This document shows, one piece after another, positions 10,847 to 20,629 of a stretch of 46,484 bases of DNA. Position 1 is the stretch's first letter, and every line of letters starts with the position of its first letter. Under the pieces are notes generated by a model. It did no database searches. It was not told the DNA's origin and worked only from the letters and a program-made list of their open reading frames with translations. Position numbers and translations under genes: made by a program. Origin of the DNA: Pseudomonadota bacterium (GTDB taxonomy: Bacteria > Pseudomonadota > Alphaproteobacteria > Sphingomonadales > Sphingomonadaceae); assembly GCA_046050825.1 (NCBI GenBank), contig JBJOPJ010000001.1, forward strand, positions 1-46,484, in the 5' to 3' direction.

Positions 10847-11524
10847 TCATGGTTTGGGCAGTGCCCGATTTTCCTGGAAGCTGGCAGTTTCGACCAGTTC
10901 GCGCGACAATTCTATGAGCCTGGCGGTGTCTTTTACCAGAAATTTCTCGCAGATTACTGCGCGGTGCTTTTTCACCGTATCCGCCTGGATGCCAAGCCGT
11001 GCGGCGATCTGCCGGTTCTGCAGGCCGTTGAGCATCAGGTCATAGACTTCGCGTTCGCGGTTGCTCAACTGGCCAAGGCCGTCGCGCATCCTGGCCATGC
11101 GGCTGAAACGCAGTGTGGCCAAGCGTGAACGGGCCATGCCGGCGGCCACCGCATCGGCCAGTTTTTCGCGCGAAACCGGTTTCCAGAGAAAGTCCGAAGC
11201 CCCCGCCTTCATGGCATCGATGATGTCTTGCCGCTTGCTGTTGCCGCTGAGGTAGATGATCGTGGCCAGCAATTCCGGATCGGCCAGCCGCTTTTGGGTT
11301 TCAAGCCCGCTCATCCCCGGCATGCACATGTCGAGGATGATGACGGCGGGATAGTCCATGGCGGCATTGCCCAGAAAGGCCGCGGCATCGCCGAATGTGC
11401 GAACATCGTATCCCAGCAGCCGAAGCAGGGCGCCAACGTGCGTCCGGATAGCCTGATCGTCGTCGATTAGGTAGACGTGCCCCAGCCCGCCATGATCCTG
11501 ATCTGACTGATCTGACAATGCCAT
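10847..11524 (-). CDS. FixJ/NarL-type response regulator (REC + LuxR HTH)
   Basis: IDDD, ILDMCMPGMSG (phospho-Asp), DFLWKP; LSNREREVY...NRQIAARLGI...TVKKHR; start probably 11524. Confidence 0.92.
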   Translation of the reverse strand: MALSDQSDQDHGGLGHVYLIDDDQAIRTHVGALLRLLGYDVRTFGDAAAFLGNAAMDYPAVIILDMCMPGMSGLETQKRLADPELLATIIYLSGNSKRQDIIDAMKAGASDFLWKPVSREKLADAVAAGMARSRLATLRFSRMARMRDGLGQLSNREREVYDLMLNGLQNRQIAARLGIQADTVKKHRAVICEKFLVKDTARLIELSRELVETASFQENRALPKP

Positions 11525-11668
11525 CGATAGCCGAACCTGACTTGGAAGTTGGACCCGGGCCTGATCGCTCCGCTTGCGGAGTGCTGCCTCTGATGCGGAT
11601 ACTGGACCCAAGCGACAAATTGCGCAAGCGGTCGCATGTGCGCAGTTGGCGCTAGTAATCGTCGATGC

Positions 11669-11697
11669 GTGACATTTCCGGCGTTGTCGCCTATATG
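11669..11697 (+). promoter_or_regulatory. Putative sigma70 promoter of the DEAD-box helicase
   Basis: GTGACA-N17-TATATG about 120 bp upstream of ATG 11819. Confidence 0.5.
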
Positions 11698-11818
11698 GAG
11701 GCAGCCGGTCATGTTCATCGGGCTTCACGATACGAAGTCAGGCAGCCCCGCACCGCGTTTCCATTTCCAGTTGGCCCTCCGGTTGCGGAGCCGGGCCAGC
11801 GCCTCCCTATCGAGATCC

Positions 11819-13690
11819 ATGCCCTTTTCCGAACTCCCCCTTCCGATTTCCGAAGCCCTGTCGCAGCGCGGCTATGCCGAGCCCACCCCGGTGCAGGCCG
11901 CCGTTCTCGAGCCTGAGGCCCGCGGCCGCGATTTGATCGTTTCGGCGCAGACCGGGTCTGGCAAAACCGTGGCTTTCGGCATGGCGATCGCCCGCGAATT
12001 GCCGTTCGATGATCGGCCAACAGCCGCGGCGCCGCTGGCCCTGATCATCGCCCCAACCCGAGAACTGGCGCTGCAGGTCAGCCGCGAGCTGGAATGGCTC
12101 TATGCAAAAACGGGGATGCGGATCACCACTTGCGTCGGCGGGATGGACCCCAGCCGCGAACGCCGTGCGCTTTATGCCGGCACTCACTTTGTGGTCGGCA
12201 CGCCGGGGCGTTTGCGCGATCACCTTGAACGCGGCGCGCTGGACCTCTCGGCGCTGGCGTTCGTGGTGCTCGACGAAGCGGACGAAATGCTCGACATGGG
12301 GTTCCGCGAAGACCTTGAGGAATTGCTGGATGCCACCCCGGAAGGGCGGCGCACCATGCTGTTTTCGGCCACCATGCCCAAGCCGATCGTGGCGCTGGCC
12401 CGGCGCTATCAGCAAGACGCGCTGCGCATCTCCACGATTGATGACAATCGCGGGCACGGCGATATCAGCTATCAAACCGTGGCGGTTTCGCCCGCCGACA
12501 TTGAAAACGCGGTGGTCAACCTGCTGCGCTTCCACGAAGCCGACACCGCGATGCTGTTCTGCGCCACGCGGGATAATGTCCGCCACTTGCATTCCACGTT
12601 GGTCGAGCGCGGCTTTGCGGCCGTGGCGCTATCGGGCGAGCACAGCCAGAACGAGCGCAATTCCGCCATGCAGGCGCTGCGCGATGGGCGCGCGCGCGTC
12701 TGCGTCGCCACCGACGTTGCCGCGCGCGGGATCGACGTTGCCACGCTGAGCCTGGTGATCCACGTCGAAGTGCCGCGCGATGCCGAAACGCTGCAACACC
12801 GTTCGGGCCGGACCGGCCGCGCCGGGCGCAAGGGCACCGCGATCGTGGTGGTTCCTTTCCCGCGCCGCCGCCGGGTTGAGGAAATGCTGCGCCGCGCGCG
12901 CATCGCCGCGCAATGGGTGGAAGTGCCCAGCGCGGCCATGATCCGCGAACGCGATCAGGAACGCCTGATGGCAGCACTGGTGGAACCGGTTGAAGCCGCC
13001 GACGATGATCGGGCGTTGGCCCAGCGCCTGCTGGAACAGATGGAGCCGATCGACGTGGCGGTTGCGCTGATCCAGAGCCACCGCAAGGCAATGCCGCAGC
13101 CCGAAGAATTGATCGACCTGTCGTCTGATGCCGGGGCGGATCGGGCCAAGTCGCATCACCGCGCCGGGTTTGAGGATGTGGTCTGGTTCCGCATGGACAT
13201 CGGCCGCCGCCACAAGGCGGATCCGCGCTGGATCATGCCGTTGCTGTGCCGCCGGGGCCACATCACCCGCAACGAAATCGGGGCGATCCGGATCGCTGCG
13301 AACGAAACTTTCTTCCAGGTGCCGCGCGCGATCGAGGCCCGCTTCCGCGCCGCCTTGCAACGCACCGCTCAAGACGGCGCCGAGGACGAAAGCGGCATCC
13401 GCATCGAGCCGGCGCCCGATACCCCGCGCGATGCCGCCCGCACCACTTCGCGCCAGCATCGCGATGGTCCCAACCAGACCGGCGGGCCAGCCCCGCAGGG
13501 TCAGCGCGCCCCGCAGGGCGAACGCCGTCCCTACGGCGATCGCGGCCCGCAGGGCAATCGCGGCCCACAGGGCAATCGGGGGGCCCAAGGTGATCGTGGC
13601 CCCCAGGGTGATCGTGGGACGCGCCCTGGCCGGCCCAAGCCGGGCGGTCCGCGTGTGCATCGCAAAGGTCCCCCGCGCGACCGCGGTTGA
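11819..13690 (+). CDS. DEAD-box RNA helicase with DbpA-type RNA-binding domain and low-complexity tail
   Basis: Q motif PTPVQ, AQTGSGKT, PTRELA, TPGR, LDEADEM, SAT, TDVAARG, HRSGRTGRAG; RBD WFRMDIGR...EIGAIRI. Confidence 0.95.
   Translation: MPFSELPLPISEALSQRGYAEPTPVQAAVLEPEARGRDLIVSAQTGSGKTVAFGMAIARELPFDDRPTAAAPLALIIAPTRELALQVSRELEWLYAKTGMRITTCVGGMDPSRERRALYAGTHFVVGTPGRLRDHLERGALDLSALAFVVLDEADEMLDMGFREDLEELLDATPEGRRTMLFSATMPKPIVALARRYQQDALRISTIDDNRGHGDISYQTVAVSPADIENAVVNLLRFHEADTAMLFCATRDNVRHLHSTLVERGFAAVALSGEHSQNERNSAMQALRDGRARVCVATDVAARGIDVATLSLVIHVEVPRDAETLQHRSGRTGRAGRKGTAIVVVPFPRRRRVEEMLRRARIAAQWVEVPSAAMIRERDQERLMAALVEPVEAADDDRALAQRLLEQMEPIDVAVALIQSHRKAMPQPEELIDLSSDAGADRAKSHHRAGFEDVVWFRMDIGRRHKADPRWIMPLLCRRGHITRNEIGAIRIAANETFFQVPRAIEARFRAALQRTAQDGAEDESGIRIEPAPDTPRDAARTTSRQHRDGPNQTGGPAPQGQRAPQGERRPYGDRGPQGNRGPQGNRGAQGDRGPQGDRGTRPGRPKPGGPRVHRKGPPRDRG
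13535..13624 (+). repeat. 18-bp coding tandem repeat giving 10 consecutive Gly-X-Y triplets
   Basis: GDR GPQ GNR GPQ GNR GAQ GDR GPQ GDR GTR. Confidence 0.85.
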
Positions 13691-13812
13691 CCTTGCGCGC
13701 AAGAAACGGCTGACAGTTGCGGGGGAGGGCTTGCGGTGCCGCCCCCGGCAATGCTTCATGCGCGGGGATATAGCCTTGCGATCCGTCGCAAAGGGGATTT
13801 CACCGGCCGCCA

Positions 13813-16161
13813 ATGCGATTAAGTTTGGCGGCTTTCTCGATTTTGCCCGGCATTGCACGGGCAGAAGGACGCAATTTGGGCCGGTCGTTCAAATATACCG
13901 CGCTGGCGGCGCACCGCAGCATCCTGCCGGGCCTGACGGCGCTGCTGGCCACTTGCGCGCTGCCCGCGCTGGCCGCCGCGCCGCCCGATCCGGCGGCTGA
14001 TCCCGCCCCTGCCCAGCCGTCAAACGATAGCCTGCAAGCTGGGACCATGGCGCTGCCTTCCGCCCAGCAGGCTGGACTGCCGCCGGTTGAACCGATCATT
14101 TCCGACGCCGAATTTAATTCCGCAATTCCGCCGATCAGTGCGGAGGATGACCCGGAACTGGCGCACCCGTTGGAATCCATTTCGGCGTTTGAGCAGCGGG
14201 TCGCAGCCGAACAGGCGCTGGCAGCTGGTGCTGGAAGCAGCCCCGCTCCCCCCGCAGCTCCTCCCACCGCTCCTGAGCCGCCGCCTGCCGCGGCCCCCGT
14301 GCGCGATGCCGAACTTGCCGCACCGCTGCCCCCGCTGGAAAGCTTCAAGCTGGAACAGACCAGCTTTGCCCAAGCCGAGGCAGGCAATCGCGCCGTTGAA
14401 ATCGGCTATCAAACCCGGATCGAAGGGCTGGCCGCTGCCGATCTGGCCGCCTCATCCGATCTGGACGGCGAATTTTCGCGGCTGTCTGGGTTGAGGCAGG
14501 GCAAAGGGCGGGCGGCCAATTTGGCGCAGCTTAACAGCCGCCTGAGCGAAGACGCGCTGCTGATCCGCAAGCTGCTGGCGGGCGAGGGCTGGTTCGATGC
14601 CACGGTCACCACGCGGGTCGATCGCGCCAATACCCCCGATGGCCAGCCGTTGACAGCGGTGATCGCGATCAATTCGGGCCAGCGGTTCGCCATTTCCGAG
14701 ATCACGGTGATCGCCGATCCGACCGACCCGCCAGACCTGATCCGCCGCAACCTCGATCTGGCACCCGGGCAGCCGGTAATCGCGGAACGCGTGCTTGCCG
14801 CCGAAGCGAAAGTGACGCTGGTCCTGCCGGAAAGCGGGTATCCGTTTGCTGAAGTGGGGCAGCGCGATATTGTGCTGGATCCGCGGACCGGCGCGGCGAC
14901 CTATACCCTGCCGGTCACGGTCGGGCGGCGCGGACGCTATGGCGCCATCACCACCGAAGGCCATCCGGCGATCGGCACCGATCACATCGCGGTGCTGGCG
15001 CGGTTCAAGCCCGGTCAGCTGTATGATAGCCGGCAGGTGGATGATTTGCGCCAGGCCTTGATCGCCACCGGGCTGTTCAGCGCCGTGGCGGTAGAGCCGC
15101 GCCATTCCGGGCAGCAGACCGATGCTGCCAATCAGACCGATGGCAGCGAAGCGGTGACGATCGCGGTGCGGCAGGAAGCCGGGCCGCCGCGCGTGCTGGC
15201 CGCTACGGGCGGTTATGGCACGGGCGAAGGGCTGCACGCGGAAGTCAGCTGGACGCACCGCAATATGTTCCCGCCCGAAGGGGCCTTGATCGTCAGCGGA
15301 CGCATCGGGACGCTTGAGCAAGGCGGCGGCGTGACCTTCCGCCGCTCGAATGCGGGCCAGCGCGATCGCAGTTTCGAATTGGCGGCCGATCTGCGCCATT
15401 CGGATTACGATGCCTTTTCCGCCTATACGGGCCGGGTCGCCGGCTTGATCAGTTATGGTTCAACGCCGCTGTGGCAAAAGCGGGTAAGCTATTCCTATGG
15501 CGTCCAGTTGCTGGGCACCAACGAAAGCGTGTTCGATCCGGCGCGCCTGGCCCGCACCCGGCGCACTTACGGGATTGCCGGGCTGATCGGAGAGATCAAG
15601 CTTGATACCACCGACAGCCTGCTCGATCCGGCGCGGGGCATCCGGCTGGGCGCATTGATCGAACCGGAAGGATCGCAGCACAATGGCCTGTCGCATTATG
15701 TGCGGGTGCGGATCGATGGGTCCGCCTATCAACAGCTGGCGCCGGGCCTGATCGTGGCCGGGCGGCTTCGCGTGGGCTCGATCCAGGGGGCCAAGCTTGA
15801 TGACCTTGCGCCGTCGCGGCGGTTCTATGCGGGTGGGGGCGGGTCAGTCCGCGGGTTTGGCTATCAGGACCTTGGCCCGCGCGATATCAACAACGATCCC
15901 AGCGGCGGGCGCAGTATCAACGAAGGCGCGCTGGAACTGCGCTATCGCTTTGGCGATTATGGGATCGCCGCGTTTACCGATGTCGGGCAGGTCTACCAGC
16001 GATCGCTGCCCGATTTTTCGCACTTGCGCCTGGGCGTGGGTTTGGGCGCGCGGATCTATACCAACTTCGGCCCGATCCGGTTCGATTTCGCCACGCCGCT
16101 CAGCCGCAACAAGGGTGAAAGCCGGTATAATATCTACGTTTCGATCGGGCAGGCGTTCTGA
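13813..16161 (+). CDS. tamA: TamA (Omp85 family) outer-membrane assembly protein
   Basis: Signal peptide, POTRA-like repeats, RFYAGGGGSVRGF lid motif, terminal YVSIGQAF; start position uncertain. Confidence 0.9.
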   Translation: MRLSLAAFSILPGIARAEGRNLGRSFKYTALAAHRSILPGLTALLATCALPALAAAPPDPAADPAPAQPSNDSLQAGTMALPSAQQAGLPPVEPIISDAEFNSAIPPISAEDDPELAHPLESISAFEQRVAAEQALAAGAGSSPAPPAAPPTAPEPPPAAAPVRDAELAAPLPPLESFKLEQTSFAQAEAGNRAVEIGYQTRIEGLAAADLAASSDLDGEFSRLSGLRQGKGRAANLAQLNSRLSEDALLIRKLLAGEGWFDATVTTRVDRANTPDGQPLTAVIAINSGQRFAISEITVIADPTDPPDLIRRNLDLAPGQPVIAERVLAAEAKVTLVLPESGYPFAEVGQRDIVLDPRTGAATYTLPVTVGRRGRYGAITTEGHPAIGTDHIAVLARFKPGQLYDSRQVDDLRQALIATGLFSAVAVEPRHSGQQTDAANQTDGSEAVTIAVRQEAGPPRVLAATGGYGTGEGLHAEVSWTHRNMFPPEGALIVSGRIGTLEQGGGVTFRRSNAGQRDRSFELAADLRHSDYDAFSAYTGRVAGLISYGSTPLWQKRVSYSYGVQLLGTNESVFDPARLARTRRTYGIAGLIGEIKLDTTDSLLDPARGIRLGALIEPEGSQHNGLSHYVRVRIDGSAYQQLAPGLIVAGRLRVGSIQGAKLDDLAPSRRFYAGGGGSVRGFGYQDLGPRDINNDPSGGRSINEGALELRYRFGDYGIAAFTDVGQVYQRSLPDFSHLRLGVGLGARIYTNFGPIRFDFATPLSRNKGESRYNIYVSIGQAF

Positions 16162-19100
16162 TGGACGAAGGGGCGTTGCCGGATGCGCCAGCGCCGGTTG
16201 GCGTGGGGCTGACCTGGTCTCGCGCGCTGCGCTGGGCGCTGGCCGCGCTGGCCGCATTTGCGGTGTTGCTGGGGCTGGCCCTGGCCGGTCTGAATACCGG
16301 GCCGGGCCGGCAATTCGCCGCACGGCAGATTTCGGGCATCATGTTCGCCAACGGGCTGCGCCTTCACATCGGCGGGATCGACGGTTCGCTGTATGGCGCG
16401 GCGCGGCTGCGCGATGTGCGCGCCTATGACCCGAAGGGCCAGTTCCTGCACGCGCCGGCCGTCGAACTGGACTGGCGTCCGTTTGCCTGGCTGCTGAACC
16501 ATGTTGATGTGCGTTCGGGCCATGCCGGATTGGTGGTGCTGGAACGGGTTCCGCACTTCACGGCCAGCCGGAGCACGGGGCCACTGCTGCCCGATCTTGA
16601 TATCGATGTGGCGCGGCTGCGGGTCGACCGATTGGTGGCCGAGCGCGCGGTTTCCGGCCAGCAGCGGGTCTTGCGGCTGGCCGGCCATGCCCGGATCGCC
16701 GACGGTCGCGCCGAAGCGGCGCTGCAAGCCGAAACGCTGGCGGCGCCCGCAGGTGGCAGCGGGGATCGGATCGACCTGTTGCTGGATGCCGTGCCCCAGC
16801 AGGATCGGCTGGCGATCAAACTGGCGCTGGATGCACCCCGCGGCGGCGTGCTGGCCGCGCTGGGCGGCTGGCACGAGCCGCTCTCGCTGCGCATTGCCGG
16901 GGCCGGCGATTGGCGCAAGTGGGATGGCACGTTCAACGCCGATTTTGGCCGTATCGCACTGGCGCGGCTGAGGCTGGCCGCCCGCGATGGAACGCTTGGC
17001 GCCGCGGGGCCGGCGCGGATCGGGCGCTTGCTGCGCGGCACCCCGGCTGCGCTGCTGGGCGATGCCACCCGGCTGGATCTGGCCGCGACGCTGAACCAGC
17101 GCCGCGCCCGGTTGAGCGGTACGCTGCGGTCCGATGCGCTGGTGCTGGCCCCATCGGGGGTCATCGATCTGGGGCGCGGCCGGTTTGACCGGCTGCGGAT
17201 CGATCTGCGGCTGCTGCGACCGGGCGCGCTTGCCCCGAACCTGTCGGGCCGGGGATTGCAGGCGCAACTGCAGCTCGATGGGGCCTTGGCGCGGCCCACC
17301 GCCCGCTATCGGATCAGCGCGGCAATGCTGGCCAGTGGCGACACTGTGCTGGAAGGGTTCAGCGCGCAAGGCGAGGCACGGGTCGGCGCGGATCAGATCG
17401 TTGTACCGGTCAAGGCCGGAATTGCCCGGATCAGCGGGCTTGATGCGATCGCTGGCGGCACATTGGCCAATGTCAGGCTGGATGGAGACATGGCCATTCA
17501 GGGGCACCGGGTCCTGTCAGACAACCTCAAGCTCCGGTCCGACCGGATCGATGCCACGCTGACCCTGATCGGCGATACGGCACGCGGGTTCTATTCCGGG
17601 GCGCTGGAAGGGCGGGTCAACACGTATCGGATTGACAGTGTTGGCGTGTTCGATTTGCGCACCACGGCGCGGTTGCAGCAAACCGCAGGCGCTGTGGCGC
17701 TGACCGGGACCATCCGCGCGCGTTCGACCCAGCTTGCCAATCAGGGGGTGCGCGATTTTCTGGGCGGCAGCGCCACTGCATCGGGCAATGTGGCCTATGG
17801 TCCGGACGGTGTGCTGCGCCTTGCGCAATTGCGGGTTTCGGCGCCGCTGCTGCAGGTGACCGACGGGCGCGGCAGCTTTGCCCCGGGCGGGCAGATCATG
17901 CTGGCCGCCAGCGGGCATATGGTGCGCTATGGCCAGGTGGGGCTGGAATTGACCGGAACGCTTGCCGATCCCCATGCCGTGGTGACCGCGCGCAATCCCG
18001 GCCTGGGATTGGGGCTGGCCGATCTGCGCGCGCAGATTATCGGTGCTGACGGTGGCTACCGGCTGGCTGCGACGGGGCAGACCGATTACGGCCCGCTCAG
18101 CGCCGATGTTACCATTGCGCAAGGCAATGGCCCGCTGGCTTTGTCCATCAACCGGGGCGATCTGGCCGGGATCGGGTTTGCCGGGCACATTGTGCGCACG
18201 GCGGCGGGGCCATTTACGGGCCAGTTGACGGCCAGCGGCCAGGGCGTTTCCGGGCTGGTCCGGCTAAGCGCGGCGGGCCGCTATCAGGAAGTGCTGGTCA
18301 ACGCCCGGGCCACGGACACCGTGCTGCCCGGTGCGGCCAAGCTGGCGATCGGCGAGGCGATCGTTGATGCGCGGGCCGTATTGTATCCCCAGCCGGCGAT
18401 CACCGCCGATATCCAGTTGGCGCAAACGAGGCTGCGCGGGGTCGATTTTGCCGCGGCGCGGGCGTTGATCGCTTATCGCGATGGCCGTGGCCACGCCAAG
18501 CTGCTGGCCGAAGGCGTCAGCGGCGCGCCGTTCCGCATTGCCGCCAATGCCCAGCTGGAGCCGCAATTGTGGCGCGCATCGCTGGATGGGCGGGTGCGCG
18601 GCATTGCGTTTCGCACCGCCAGCCCGGCCCGGATCATTCCAGCGGTGGCGGGTTATGAATTGCTGCCCACCCGGTTCGATTTCGGGCGTGGCAGCGTGCG
18701 CCTTGCCGGCCAGTATGGCACCGGCGTGAAGTTTCAGGGCCGGATGGATTCGTTCGATCTTGCGCTGCTGAATGCGCTGTTCCCCGGCTATGGCGTTGGC
18801 GGGAATGCCACCGGCAGTCTCGATTTCGAGCAGGCATCACCCGATGCCTTCCCGCGCGCTGATGCGCATTTGTCGATCACCGGGTTCACCCGCGCCACGG
18901 CGCTGTCGGTCAGCCAGCCGGTCGATGTGAACATTGCGGGCAAGCTGGTGGTCGATGGCGGCGAGGCGCGCGCGATCATTCGCCGGCGGGGCACCGTGGT
19001 CGGCCAGCTGCAGGCCGGGTTGCGGCCGCTTGGCCCGGGTGCCGGAAGCTGGCAGGCCCGCCTGCTGGCCGCGCCGCTCAGCGGCGGTGTCCGTTATAAC

Positions 19101-20393
19101 GGCCCGGCGGAAACCGCGTGGTCGTTCGCCGGTCAGTCGAACCAGGCCCTATCGGGAGCGCTGGCCATCGGCGCCGATTTTTCGGGCCGGGTGCAGCAGC
19201 CGCAACTGGCCGGGATCGTGCGCGGCGAAAACCTGACTTATGAACATCAGAACTTCGGCACCCGGCTGACCAACTTGGGCCTGACCGGGCGGTTCAATGG
19301 CGACCGGCTTGAAATCGAGCAGCTAACGGCCAGTGCCGGCACCGGCAAAGTTGCGGCGCAGGGCTTTATCAGCCTTGGCGCGGAAGGCGGTTATCCCATG
19401 GACCTGACCGCGCAGCTGGATAACGCGCGGCTGGCGCGCAGCAATGCGCTGTCCACGTCGGCGACCGGCCAGTTGCGGCTGACCAAGGCCGCGGGCGAAC
19501 CGGCGCTGCTGTCGGGCGTGCTGCGGCTGCCCGAAACGCGCTATCAGCTGGTCCGCCAAGGTGCGGCGCAAGTGCCCGAATTGACCGGCGTTCGCTTTGC
19601 CCCGGCACACGTGCGCACCCGGATTTCGGGCAACGAAGTGGCGCCGCCCAAAAGCAGCCTGTTCGATGCGCTGCGGCTGGACATTGCGTTGACGGCGGCC
19701 AACCAGCTGTTCGTTACCGGCATGGGTCTGGACAGCGAATGGAGCGCCCAGCTGCGCGTTACGGGAACGGGCACCCGCCCGCGCCTGACCGGCGAGGTGG
19801 CGTTGGTGCGCGGCAGCCTGGGCTTTGCCGGACGGCAGTTCGAGCTGCAGGAAGGGCGGCTGTTGTTTACCGGCGGCGATGTGGTCGATCCGCAAATCGC
19901 GCTGAGCGCCAGCGAGGACATCAACGACGTTTCTGTCAGCGTGAACGTCTCCGGGCGCTCGCTGAACCCGCAGATCAGTTTTGCCTCGGATCCGGCCCTG
20001 CCGGCCGATGAAATCCTGTCGCGCATCCTGTTCGGCAATTCGGTGGGCCAGCTTTCGCCGCTGCAGGGGTTGCAGTTGGCGGCATCGCTCAATTCGCTGC
20101 GGGCCAATGGTGGGGGACTGAACCCGCTGGGCAAGTTGCGCACCATTACCGGTGTGTCGCGGCTGCGTATTCTGGCGGCTGATGAACAGGCGACCAATGG
20201 CGTGGCGCACGGCACGGCCGTTGCGGCGGGGCGCTACCTTACCAACAACATCTATCTTGAACTGATCACCGATGCGCGGGGCTGGACGGTAACGCAAGTT
20301 GAAGTGAGCCTGAGCAAGGTCTTGTCGATCCTGAGCGAAGCTGGCGGAACCGGCGTGAACAGCTTCAACGTGCGTTACAAGAAGCGCTATTGA
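16161..20393 (+). CDS. tamB: TamB translocation/assembly module protein (DUF490)
   Basis: N-terminal TM anchor, long beta-rich body, C-terminal LPADEILSRILFG...GRYLTNNIY...YKKRY; TGATG overlap with tamA. Confidence 0.9.
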   Translation: MDEGALPDAPAPVGVGLTWSRALRWALAALAAFAVLLGLALAGLNTGPGRQFAARQISGIMFANGLRLHIGGIDGSLYGAARLRDVRAYDPKGQFLHAPAVELDWRPFAWLLNHVDVRSGHAGLVVLERVPHFTASRSTGPLLPDLDIDVARLRVDRLVAERAVSGQQRVLRLAGHARIADGRAEAALQAETLAAPAGGSGDRIDLLLDAVPQQDRLAIKLALDAPRGGVLAALGGWHEPLSLRIAGAGDWRKWDGTFNADFGRIALARLRLAARDGTLGAAGPARIGRLLRGTPAALLGDATRLDLAATLNQRRARLSGTLRSDALVLAPSGVIDLGRGRFDRLRIDLRLLRPGALAPNLSGRGLQAQLQLDGALARPTARYRISAAMLASGDTVLEGFSAQGEARVGADQIVVPVKAGIARISGLDAIAGGTLANVRLDGDMAIQGHRVLSDNLKLRSDRIDATLTLIGDTARGFYSGALEGRVNTYRIDSVGVFDLRTTARLQQTAGAVALTGTIRARSTQLANQGVRDFLGGSATASGNVAYGPDGVLRLAQLRVSAPLLQVTDGRGSFAPGGQIMLAASGHMVRYGQVGLELTGTLADPHAVVTARNPGLGLGLADLRAQIIGADGGYRLAATGQTDYGPLSADVTIAQGNGPLALSINRGDLAGIGFAGHIVRTAAGPFTGQLTASGQGVSGLVRLSAAGRYQEVLVNARATDTVLPGAAKLAIGEAIVDARAVLYPQPAITADIQLAQTRLRGVDFAAARALIAYRDGRGHAKLLAEGVSGAPFRIAANAQLEPQLWRASLDGRVRGIAFRTASPARIIPAVAGYELLPTRFDFGRGSVRLAGQYGTGVKFQGRMDSFDLALLNALFPGYGVGGNATGSLDFEQASPDAFPRADAHLSITGFTRATALSVSQPVDVNIAGKLVVDGGEARAIIRRRGTVVGQLQAGLRPLGPGAGSWQARLLAAPLSGGVRYNGPAETAWSFAGQSNQALSGALAIGADFSGRVQQPQLAGIVRGENLTYEHQNFGTRLTNLGLTGRFNGDRLEIEQLTASAGTGKVAAQGFISLGAEGGYPMDLTAQLDNARLARSNALSTSATGQLRLTKAAGEPALLSGVLRLPETRYQLVRQGAAQVPELTGVRFAPAHVRTRISGNEVAPPKSSLFDALRLDIALTAANQLFVTGMGLDSEWSAQLRVTGTGTRPRLTGEVALVRGSLGFAGRQFELQEGRLLFTGGDVVDPQIALSASEDINDVSVSVNVSGRSLNPQISFASDPALPADEILSRILFGNSVGQLSPLQGLQLAASLNSLRANGGGLNPLGKLRTITGVSRLRILAADEQATNGVAHGTAVAAGRYLTNNIYLELITDARGWTVTQVEVSLSKVLSILSEAGGTGVNSFNVRYKKRY

Positions 20394-20617
20394 TGCGGCG
20401 CGCGATCATCGCCTTGCTGATGCTGACGGTGCTTGGCGCGTGCCGGCAGGAGCAGGATTTCGATGCGCGCTACCAGCAGGCCCAGACCCGGCTTGAAGGT
20501 AAGGCCCGGGCAATCGATCACGAAATTGCCGTGGCCGCCAGCGATGCCGCCGCTGCCAACGTGCCGCCGCCAGCTGGGGGCAATAATCAGCGCCGCGGGG
20601 ATAATCAGGGGCGGTAA
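20393..20617 (+). CDS. Small lipoprotein, translationally coupled to tamB
   Basis: MRRAIIALLMLTV plus lipobox LGAC, then a predicted helical segment; TGATG overlap. Confidence 0.65.
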   Translation: MRRAIIALLMLTVLGACRQEQDFDARYQQAQTRLEGKARAIDHEIAVAASDAAAANVPPPAGGNNQRRGDNQGR

Positions 20618-20629
20618 ACCCGGCGCCGT

